Shown in pieces: positions 54,674 to 64,000 of a stretch of 64,000 bases of DNA (within the stretch, counting starts at the first letter, position 1; the number at the start of each line of letters is the position of its first letter). The notes under the pieces are model-generated. The model saw nothing but the letters and a program-made list of their open reading frames with translations. It had not been told where the DNA came from and did not search any database. The stretch is from positions 682,001-746,000 of the forward strand of contig CATNEN010000005.1 in assembly GCA_950097015.1 (NCBI GenBank), read 5' to 3'. The DNA is from Macrostomum hystrix (taxonomy: Eukaryota; Animalia; Platyhelminthes). Both the position numbers and the translations under genes were made by a program.

Positions 54674-55732
54674 ATCAGATGAGTCATTGATACTGAAGTG
54701 TCAGGTCATCAGATGAGTCATTGATACTGAAGTGTCAGGTCATCAGATGAGTCATTGATACTGAAGTGTCAGGTCATCAGATGAGTCATTGATACTGAAG
54801 TGTCAGGTCATCAGATGAGTCATTGATACTGAAGTGTCAGGTCATCAGATGAGTCATTGATACTGGAGTGTCAGGTCATCAGATGAGTCATTGATACTGA
54901 AGTGTCAGGTCATCAGATGAGTCATTGATACTAAAGTGTCAGGTCATCAGATGAGTCATTGATACTGGAGTGTCAGGTCATCAGATGAGTCATTGATACT
55001 GGAGTGTCAGGTCATCAGATGAGTCATTGATACTGGAGTGTCAGGTCATCATATGAGTCATTGATACTGAAGTGTCAGGTCATCAGATGAGTCATTGATA
55101 CTGAAGTGTCAGGTCATCAGATGAGTCATTGATACTGAAGTGTCAGGTCATCAGATGAGTCATTGATACTGAAGTGTCAGGTCATCAGATGAGTCATTGA
55201 TACTGAAGTGTCAGGTCATCAGATGAGTCATTGATACTGAAGTGTCAGGTCATCAGATGAGTCATTGATACTGAAGTGTCAGGTCATCAGATGAGTCATT
55301 GATACTGAAGTGTCAGCTCATCAGATGAGTCATTGATACTGAAGTGTCAGCTCATCAGATGAGTCATTGATACTGAAGTGTCAGCTCATCAGATGAGCCA
55401 TTGATACTGAAGTGTCAGGTCATCAGATGAGTCATTAATACTGAAGTGTCAGGTCATCAGATGAATCATTGATACTGGAGTGTCAGGTCATCAGATGAGT
55501 CATTGATACTGAAGTGTCAGCTCATCAGATGAGTCATTGATACTGAAGTGTCAGCTCATCAGATGAGTCATTGATACTGAAGTGTCAGGTCATCAGATGA
55601 GTCATTTATACTGAAGTGTCAGGTCATCAGATGAGTCATTTATACTGAAGTGTCAGCTCATCAGATGAGTCATTGATACTGAAGTGTCAGCTCATCAGAT
55701 GAGTCATTAATACTGAAGTGTCAGGTCATCAG
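54674..55732. repeat. 34-bp minisatellite (CATCAGATGAGTCATTGATACTGAAGTGTCAGGT), ~31 copies
   Basis: Highly homogeneous tandem units. Confidence 0.96.
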
Positions 55733-56224
55733 TTCATGGCGATTGGTTGAATATTTTGGGAGATACAGAAAAAATAAAAATGTGGGTAGTTAAATTGCCC
55801 CGGTACTTTTATCGTTTCATAGAACTACAGGGTCCATAAACAAGTATTTGAGTATTTCGGAACTATTTTGCAACGCGAGCATGTCTATTAAGCTTCTATT
55901 TATGGGACGGCAACACGTGTGTCTTTTCTTAATACTTGACGGAACAAAAACTTGCTGACAATTAGTGTGCAACTTTGCCCGAATGGACCCAATCGCGGCT
56001 AATCCACTGTACCGGCGGTAATCCGGAACTGCAGAAAAATATGAGGGCAGATTAAATATACCATGCTTCTCAGAAACGAATAACACCCTGTCAATTATTA
56101 GCTCTTACTCATAATACTGATCATTTCTAACGTAGACGTCATTTAACGTCCTTCCTAAACAAATATCCCTGAATTTCTTCATTACAGAGGTATACGTAAG
56201 GTCTCTAACGTCCTTAATAGCTCA

Positions 56225-56430
56225 ACAACATAACCTCGGAGCACACAGGCACACCGACATACTCACAGGCACGCATTCACACAGGGTGTACACATGTACA
56301 TCTGCCCTGACTTTCTCATCGCAGTGTACTGCAGTAAGCAGTACATTTCGCTCAGGACCATTTGGCTGCAGGTGCCAAATTGCACGCGACAAGCACCAAA
56401 ACAGCCACAGTTGACTGTACACTGGCATGT
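56225..56430 (-). mobile_element. SINE family B, 5'-truncated copy
   Basis: GTACATCTGCCCTGACTTTCTCATC and AAATTGCACGCGACAAGC match the other family B copies in reverse orientation. Confidence 0.65.
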
Positions 56431-56889
56431 TAGTTCACGATGGATGATTTGAGCCATAACTGAGTTTTATGGTTAGTGGATTTTTTAAACACAGGTATCA
56501 GATGGAATATTCCTAGAAATTACTGAGCACTACTAGAGTTCAAGAAACACTTATTCGTTGTCTCAAATTGATGTGCACAGATTCGAGCTCGAGAACTCCC
56601 TAAGTAGAATTGGTTACCCTTTTATAACCAGTCCTACTTTAATCAACCATTTATAGGTTTGTACTAGCACACTAAGTCCCTTGGGGGGCACCATTGTTCT
56701 GACAAAAATCTTGTGTAATGCAGAAGGACAAAACACACTTGATATTAAACAAAAACGAAAACTTGTCTGAGCTCGAATACATTCTGAGACATTCGGTCTG
56801 CATACCAAGAGCCCGAATGGGCAGAATTACACAAGTATCTTACGTTTGATACTACTCAGCTTAATGCTACAAAGGTACATGCTAATACT

Positions 56890-57005
56890 ATATCCCCTCT
56901 GCAGCAGAGAACCAATGTTCCCCAGCAGCAGAGAACTAATGTTCCCCAGCAGCAGAGAACCAATGTTCCCCAGCAGCAGAGAACTAATGTTCCCCAGCAG
57001 CAGAG
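56890..57005. repeat. 24-bp minisatellite (GTTCCCCAGCAGCAGAGAACYAAT)
   Basis: About 5 visible units. Confidence 0.85.
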
Positions 57006-57139
57006 AATATGTCCTCTTTTAGCAGAAAGTAAATTTTCCAACAATACATTTTCAGAATTAAATTTTAAAATAAAAAGCACAAAAATCGGTCCTCCAGGGA
57101 CAGTTAAGAAAGATCTACACAAATTACTACGCAAGGATG

Positions 57140-57300
57140 TCGACCAATGTCCCTAAGCAGGTAATGAATGTCCCTCAGCAGGTAATGAATGTCCCTAAGC
57201 AGGTAATGAATGTCCCTCAGCAGGTAATGAATGTCCCTCAGCAGGAAATGAATGTCCCTCAGCAGGAAATGAATGTCCCTCAGCAGGAAATGAATGTCTC
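57140..57300. repeat. 21-bp minisatellite (AATGAATGTCCCTCAGCAGGT/A)
   Basis: Visible units. Confidence 0.88.
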
Positions 57301-57519
57301 CCTTTAGCAAAGAACTAATGACACATTTAGCAGGTAACCTAGGACCCCTTTAGTAGTCAGATAACTAATGACACCCCTTTAACAGGCAATTAATGGCCCC
57401 TTTAGCAGAAACATAATTGTCCCCCCAACAGGCAACCAATGGCCTTCACTGTTAGAAACATTTTGAAAACTGTTAGACTCCTTTATACACTGTTTAACAC
57501 ATTAAAAAACTTTTATAGA

Positions 57520-57700
57520 CGCATTTAGAAAACTGTTGAACACATTTAGAAAACTGTTGGACACGTTTAGAAACCGGTTGGGCACATTTAGAAAACTGTT
57601 GGACACGTTTAGAAACCGGTTGGGCACATTTAGAAAACTGTTGGACACGTTTAGAAAACTGTTGGACACGTTTAGAAAACTGTTGGACACATTTAGAAAA
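57520..57700. repeat. 21-bp minisatellite (TTTAGAAAACTGTTGGACACG)
   Basis: Visible units. Confidence 0.88.
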
Positions 57701-57849
57701 CTACCACTTCAAGCTTTATGCTAGCCACTCAATAATTGATGTTTTTCTTCAAAAATGTATGCTTTTTCGTAGATAATGCTTGCTTTGCTTCGATAATTCA
57801 CGCTTCTCCTCGATAATTTATTCTTACCCTCGAAATTTAATCCTTTCCT

Positions 57850-58285
57850 CTCGATAATTCATGCTAACCCATCGGTAATTCATGCTACCCCATCGGTAAT
57901 TCATGCTACCCCATCGGTAATTCATGCTACACCATCGATAATTCATGCTACCCCATCGGTAATTCATGCTACCCCATCGGTAATTCATGCTAACCCATCG
58001 GTAATTCATGCTACCCCATCGGTAATTCATGCTACCCCATCGGTAATTCATGCTACCCCATCGGTAATTCATGCTACCCCATCGGTAATTCATGCTACCC
58101 CATCGGTAATTCATGCTAACCCATCGGTAATTCATGCTACCCCATCGGTAATTCATGCTACCCCATCGGTAATTCATGCTACACCATCGGTAATTCATGC
58201 TACACCATCGATAATTCATGCTACCCCATCGGTAATTCATGCTACCCCATCGGTAATTCATGCTACCCCATCGGTAATTCATGTT
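57850..58285. repeat. 21-bp minisatellite (GGTAATTCATGCTACCCCATC)
   Basis: About 20 visible units. Confidence 0.93.
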
Positions 58286-58729
58286 TTTATTGAATAATTC
58301 GGCTGCATTGTCGATATTTAATGCTTTTACCTCGATAACTCTGGCTTCGCCCTCGATAATTAATGCAAGCCAGTTGATTAATTATGTTACCCCTCGATAA
58401 TTTTTTATGCTCCCTCTACGATAGTGATGCTTACCCCTCAATAATTCATGCTTTCCCTTCGATAAGTCATGATACGGCTCGCACTTCACTCAATGAATCA
58501 TTTTATCCTCTTAAAAACGTGCTATACCCTCATGTTTTCCTTCGAATTATTATGCTTTCAAAATATAGGAAAACTAATGATTGCTTGCCTGCTAAAAAAC
58601 GCTTAATTTAAAAAGAACGAAAAATAATGTCGCCATTCGTTATCATTATACTTTTTTCTCATAGTTTTGAATAGAATAACGCTTAACTTGAAGTATAATT
58701 ATGCTTAAAAAATGTTAAAATTTTAAATT

Positions 58730-58850
58730 AATAACGTTTTTAGCTGTGCGAAGAATCGATTAAGCCGTTCGGGAGATATAGCGTTTTACACAAACAAACA
58801 ACCAAACAATAATTAGACATTTGGTATTGGTGGATGCAGATAGCTCTGAC
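58730..58850 (+). mobile_element. Possible DINE-1/HINE-like (Helentron-associated) element fragment
   Basis: AATCGATTAAGCCGTTCGGGAGATATAGCG followed by an ACAAACAAACAA microsatellite resembles the core of DINE-1/Lep1-type elements. Ends not resolved. Confidence 0.35.
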
Positions 58851-59100
58851 GGGTGAATATCACAATGAAAAAATTGAGAACAAGTTATACTAACAAATGG
58901 TTTCAATGTGAGGAACTGCTCAGAATTAGTAGTCGACTCGAAAAAATCTAGTATAGGATTCACACGAATCTAGGATCAAAAGTATTGATTTTACACGCAT
59001 GTGATATCGTATTGTGCAAGATAATTGTCTAAATTATTTGATCGACGAATCGACAGATATATCCGCAGATGTATGTACTGGAGGTTCAGCGGTATTCAAA

Positions 59101-60258
59101 TTAAGCGTGTGGATACTGTGATTTAATCAGCAGCTTCATTACAGGATCGATGTAGATCTCTCGCAGTCGCCTGGCCAGGGTGTTGTGCTCGCAGCTCCAC
59201 TCGCCGGGCACCGGATAGTGATGAAGCCGACTGTTAGCTTTGGCTAGGCTGCTAATCCTGTACACAGCGAACGCTTGGAAACAGGACAGCACCTTCACCG
59301 GGATGTCATTTTTGTTCATAGCGATGTCGTCTGTGATGATACTGTGATCATATTCGGTAACAGAATTGTACCGTTTCTTGCTGAAGTAGGTGCGGGCACA
59401 CGGGTCGTATAGAGTATTTTTAAATCTAGAGTTTGCACACAGGTTGTCCAATTTGGGCTTAGCACTGAAGTAATAAATTCCTTGAGCGATTTTGTCTAAA
59501 TCCCAAGATTGCCACATAAGATCAGGTTCAATTACGAACATTAGGTCCGCTTTGTCGGCCAAATTTTCGTAGATATAGTCCAGATACATGTTACGCAGAA
59601 CGCTCATTGTTATTCCGCGATCAATTCGTTCATCCTCTGAACGCTGCTGGCCCCAGCCGGGCCTGTGAATCTTTCCACTTCGATACGTGATGTTAATGTG
59701 ACACGGTGCCCGCGAATTGATAGGCTTACAACCAAGAATCACAGTTTGCTTATAGCTGTCGCGTATCTCGTGGAGTAAAGAGCGGGTTCCATCAGTGGAA
59801 TCGTTCTCAACGAAAATGAACCAGTAGTCCTTGAATAGCTGTCCTAATTTGTGGAACTCACCAATATTATTAGACAAGTGCGACTTAGCATTTCTAAGAG
59901 TGGCTACTAGAATAGCCCTTCTTCGGCGCATCCAGTTTTTTCCAACGCGCACTCGATAGTTCAAGTCCCGTTCAACGTGTTTTAGTCGCATAAGTGGCAT
60001 TTTGTTCACCTTCTCTATGAAATACATGGAGCTATTTTGCATTCGCAGAACTGCTGCATGTCCCGTATAGAAAGAATTTGCACCTGCTGATTCTTTTCCA
60101 TTTATTTTTACATCACGTAGTCGTATTCTGTAGAATAAACTTTTTTTGAGATAATTATTTCTAGACGTGCCCGAGTAGACAACTGCAAAAACGGAGACGA
60201 TCGCAAAGAGAACGAGAGCAGTAAGAGTAAGACGAAAACAAGTATTCTTTGTACGCAT
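59101..60258 (-). CDS. Type II membrane GT-A-fold glycosyltransferase (GT2/GT69-CMT1-like), intronless, 385 aa
   Basis: N-terminal signal anchor LTLTALVLFAIVSVFAVVYS; ILVATLRN, FIFVENDSTDGTRSLL, MSVLRNMYL, ExD (IEPD) at the DxD position, VKVLSCFQAFAVY and CEH motifs. Uninterrupted 1158-nt ORF with no low-complexity origin. Confidence 0.8.
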   Translation of the reverse strand: MRTKNTCFRLTLTALVLFAIVSVFAVVYSGTSRNNYLKKSLFYRIRLRDVKINGKESAGANSFYTGHAAVLRMQNSSMYFIEKVNKMPLMRLKHVERDLNYRVRVGKNWMRRRRAILVATLRNAKSHLSNNIGEFHKLGQLFKDYWFIFVENDSTDGTRSLLHEIRDSYKQTVILGCKPINSRAPCHINITYRSGKIHRPGWGQQRSEDERIDRGITMSVLRNMYLDYIYENLADKADLMFVIEPDLMWQSWDLDKIAQGIYYFSAKPKLDNLCANSRFKNTLYDPCARTYFSKKRYNSVTEYDHSIITDDIAMNKNDIPVKVLSCFQAFAVYRISSLAKANSRLHHYPVPGEWSCEHNTLARRLREIYIDPVMKLLIKSQYPHA

Positions 60259-61689
60259 GACAGACGCAGCCTTGTATTTAGTTCAGGGAATGGATGGGTG
60301 CTACTGTCACTTGATGGTTGTCTTTCCGAACTAAAGCTAGTAGACACTTACGACCACGCAATTGCTTTCAAATTTGAGTGCATACGGCTACTATAAATAT
60401 GATATCAGAACTACACAATTTCAAGGCGAGAATATAAAAAATATTTATTTCTTTATTTCATTTAATCATTCAGCTTTAATCTCAGTACAATATCTTGACA
60501 TTTAGTCTGTTTAGCTTTTGTTTTAGTAAAGAGGCAACTTATTTTAAACCTTGTCGAACGCACGCGTAAACTTCATTTGTCCTATTTTTGTAATATCGTG
60601 TCTTTATGTGAGCAGTCGGCTATGAACAAAAACTATTGAACATCGATAAAAAAAATTGCAATTAAATCAAAGCATAAGAACGGTAAAAAATAGAACGTTG
60701 TTGTTTTTATAACTAAAAAATTATACTAACTTTTGAAATCCTGGACGCCTTTCGAGTCAGTTAAGACAACAACATGAAGACTGTACTGGACACTGATTCA
60801 GATAACGAATAAAATGATCAGTGTATTTGTATTTGTAGATAATTGAAAGAGCTTTATCTAATTATAAGCTCTCTAATTAAGAGAAGTCATTTAGTTCTCT
60901 GAAGGGCATTGGCAATGGGAAGAGTTGTTGTAACTTGCCTTTAGTAAGGCCTGACCTCAAGTTTCCTAATGTGATCCATTTGGTCTTGTGAAAAGCAACG
61001 TTATGATATTTCTTAATAGGCTTTTTTGTAACAATATTTGCTGTGTGAAGTCCTAGTGACTGCTACTGATGACTGATATCTAGAAATGTTAAGTTTTAAT
61101 GTTCCATTCTGATGGTTATTGGTGTCCTGCTATTGTGCTAAATCGCAAAGGAATTAAAAAATTCATCTTAATGTTTCTAGCTAGGCCTAGCCTAGTAGAA
61201 AGTTTATTCTGTAAAAAATTGATAATGGTTAGCCTTAACTTTTAGCAATTGTAAGTAGCACACACACACATTTAGGAATATTTTTTGGAAATAGTGACCT
61301 AAGGACAAGGATGATTCAGTAACAGACATTTTGGTAACAAGACAGGTACATTTAGCTAGTTCAGTGCTAACACTCGGTACATTTCTGTAACATTTAGAGA
61401 TACTTTTGTAAGAGCCAGAGCCAGGATGATATCTGGGTCTTGACTTACTTGACTTTGTTACAAGGGCATCCTTCAGATGCTGCAAGGAGCCATTTCTGCC
61501 TATTCTAATAGCCCCTGGCAACCATGGGCAACTAAAGCTGCAGTGTTGCATAGGGGGATCTAGTGATGCCCACATCCACAGCACAGTCCTCCTTCCATGA
61601 CTCCAGGAAGGAGAGTTACTTGATTGGTGGCCCTTGGTAATGGACAAGCTGGCAGATGTTCTCAGGCCTGAAAATGTTGGAGAGGTCCG

Positions 61690-62120
61690 GGTTTAGGCCA
61701 AGATAGGTGAGCCTGTCCAAAGTGGGGCAGTAGCAAATAAAATGCTCTGTGTCCTCAATATAGGAGAGGCAGAAAGGACACTCCTCACTGCAGATTTTGC
61801 CTTGTAAGAAGCGGTGCCTAGCAAAACAGCTATACCAGAGAGGGCCATGGTGATTGCCCTGATGTCCCTACAGTTAAGTCCAAGCAGGGCTTTGTAGAGG
61901 GCAGTGGAGGGACAAAGAACAGCAGTGTGAGACTGCTGACAATAGGTGGTATTGATCCACCTATCCTTGTACTTTAAGGCCACCCACTGGTTAATCCAAG
62001 TGTTGGCAATGGTGGCAGGGTAGAGACCACAGGCATGGGCCAAAAAGCAAACCTGTCAAACCTGTTGGCAAGGCTGTTGGCTACTTTCTTACCTGGATGG
62101 CCAGAGTGCCCTGGAACTTC
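61690..62120 (-). pseudogene. Decayed 3' end of an RNase H-containing non-LTR retrotransposon (R1/LOA/I group)
   Basis: Minus strand VPGHSGHPGKKVANSLA (RNase H C-terminus, cf. WVPGHxGxxGNExADxLA), then after frameshifts ECPFCLSYIEDTEHFICYCP (C-terminal CCHC finger). Confidence 0.75.
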
Positions 62121-62763
62121 CTTACACTACATTTTCCCTCAAAAAGTAAAAAAAATATTTTGCTTTCTTATGGCACATACATGTGCAACCTCCCAAATCT
62201 TAGCTGGCCGTGCGACTTAGTTTTTGCTCTATTTACAACTTAGTTTGCTCTCATTTGCTCTATTTTTCTCTCCCCTTTTTCCTCTTCTTCAGGCCTTCCT
62301 TTTTTGTCCCTTGGTCCCCCTTTGATTGTTTGCACTTGGTTGATTGGTTTTTGCAACTTACCTTGCTTGGCCCTCGTTTCACCAGGCCGGTTCGGCCGGG
62401 TGTTGCGCATGTATGTTATGGCATATTAGCTAATTGACAATTCAATGTCTGAAAAGTTAATACAAAACGTTGTTTTCTTTGTATGCCTAGTTAAAAATTT
62501 CAAGTTAATAAGTATTAATTAGTTTAAGTATTTATGCCTAGTTAATAAGTATTGTCTCTTAGCTCATGTTAAAATTTTATACATGCCTTGAGTTACTTAA
62601 TGTATATGTTTGTACCTTTCTCACTCAATAAGGCAGTTTCTTTATTTCTTTAAGTTATTCCTAAGGTTGCTATGATAAAGTATGCATGCTCTTTAAATTT
62701 TAAGTTACATTTTTTATTAAGTTATGTCTGAAAATAAGACAATAGTTGCTTTTTAAATTCCAG

Positions 62764-63268
62764 GCTCCCACTAACAAAGCAGTCAAATCATCAAAGCCAA
62801 AGGGTACCAAGTGTGCCTCTAAGTCTCAGATTAGCAATGTGGCTGATCATGAAAATCACCCTAAAAATCGAAGTCTTCTAGCTGCTCTAGCTGTGGCTAT
62901 TCTAGCCACCTCAATGTCTGGTTGTTATTACCAATTTTTTGGTGACTCGAAAGTACAAATTAACAATGGCGAAAATGCAACAGTCTTAGCATCAGCTAAT
63001 GCCACTTTGACTAAACCATTGCTACGTCAGTTTGACTGTTCGCCAAGCTATCTGGCTGAGCTAAGAAGAATTCGACCAGCCTGTCTGCCATCATATTGCG
63101 GTAGATTTGTTCACGACCAGCTTGCTGAACTGTCTGACGTCGCAGGACTGTTGGTTTTAGCCAGGCGTGGCTTCGCCTTTGGCGGCGGATCAGGCGGAGC
63201 AACTATATTAGATTTGCACTCCGGAGCACTGTCATATGGTGACAAGTTTGTTAATGTCTATGCACTGG
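62764..63268 (+). CDS. OGFOD3: 2-oxoglutarate/Fe(II)-dependent oxygenase domain-containing protein 3, N-terminal exon (gene continues beyond the window)
   Basis: Acceptor ttccag| at 62763, donor g|gtaacg at 63269. Basic N-tail, TM segment, then FDCS..Y...CLPSYCGRFVHD...GGGSGGATILDLHSGALSYGDKFVNVY, matching the OGFOD3 signature (GGASILDLHSGALS). Confidence 0.9.
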
Positions 63269-63469
63269 GTAACGGACATGGTGAGCCAGATGGTCTTCTG
63301 CCAATCATTTTTAGTTTTCATCTTATCTAGTCTTATACTTTCCTTGGCCTGTAAAGTATTCTTTCTTAAGCCGAGTCCTCCACTTTGAATAAGTTGGTAG
63401 ACTGCTAATTGATTAATGGCAGTGACACACGTAGTCACATTGCAATGATGGCAGTAGTCACAATAGGTC

Positions 63470-64000
63470 AGCTACTATTGCGTCCGGACCACACGATTTC
63501 TTCGCTTTTATCTCGAGGACGCACCATGTTACCTCGGCAACAGAACAAGTGCTTAAGCCCGACGGCCCGCAGTCTCCAAAGCGGTCTTCGACGTCGATGT
63601 TCAGGCGGTGCTGGAAGTTCTTTAGAATCGAGCGAAGCTGAAGCTGAATCTTCGACTCTGCTGAGGTTGAACCGGTCGCTGATCACTGTCCGGTAGCCTC
63701 GCCTCTTGCGCTTGCGCTTACCCGGAAGTAATTGTCACGAAGCTCTTGCCCAATTGCGTCCTCTTCGAGCAGCGCGGCCAGCTCCACTGCCTTGCCCTAG
63801 CGGTCGTCTTGGTGATGCCTGCTGAAGAGCGTCAGCTTCACCTGGCGCTGAGGAGGTTGTTGTGTCAAGTCGTGGCACAGATGCCACTTCGTTATTCAGG
63901 TCCGCTTCCGCCATCAGCGCCGTACAGCCAGTGATGCTTCGCAGAGCCTGGTTTTGCACTGCCTGCAGGCGTGACCAGTGCGTGTCAGTCAGGATCGGCG
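63470..64000 (-). pseudogene. Decayed non-LTR retrotransposon ORF2 C-terminal fragment inside the OGFOD3 intron
   Basis: Minus strand PILTDTHWSRLQAVQNQALRSITGC (post-RT thumb region typical of I/Ingi/Nimb-type LINEs), frameshifted FQHRLNIDVEDRxGDCG and HLFCC zinc-finger remnant. Confidence 0.65.

Noticed and set aside
14600-55732. 34-35-bp repeats (14.6, 49.8 and 54.7 kb) with CRISPR-like unit length
   Set aside because: The units are contiguous with no unique spacers, there are no cas genes, and the context is eukaryotic.
18927-63268. Sulfotransferase, lipid carrier, glycosyltransferase and 2OG oxygenase in one window suggest a biosynthetic gene cluster
   Set aside because: The genes are spread over 44 kb, interleaved with unrelated loci, and OGFOD3 and clavesin-like genes are ordinary conserved animal genes. 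Nothing in the sequence indicates co-regulation.

Overview
Eukaryotic (animal) genomic DNA, not prokaryotic. It has spliceosomal GT-AG introns, GC-rich exons in AT-rich spacers, tRNA-derived SINEs and many intronic minisatellites. This style suggests a free-living flatworm such as Macrostomum, which is an inference only. By hand I could build eight protein-coding genes: a 3' exon of V-ATPase subunit G, WDR31 (7 exons), CtBP (5 coding exons), an intronless cytosolic sulfotransferase, a clavesin-like CRAL-TRIO gene (5 exons), an unrecognised ~740-aa Q-rich/AT-hook/ankyrin-like gene (7 exons), an intronless minus-strand GT-A glycosyltransferase, and the first visible exon of OGFOD3. Mobile DNA includes an intact, very young Ty3/Gypsy LTR element (identical 168-bp LTRs, 5-bp TSD) in an intron of the ankyrin-like gene, a hAT-type MITE nested in a SINE, a second TIR element, about ten SINE copies from 2-3 families and two decayed LINE 3' ends. 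More than 20 tandem arrays are present, and most long ORFs in the supplied track are artefacts of them. Best leads: (i) the ankyrin-like protein has IkB-zeta/Bcl-3-like architecture; (ii) the glycosyltransferase looks horizontally acquired; (iii) the OGFOD3 exon lacks its own start codon and would gain it in frame from a flatworm spliced leader ending in AUG. All homology calls are from remembered motifs; no searches were run.
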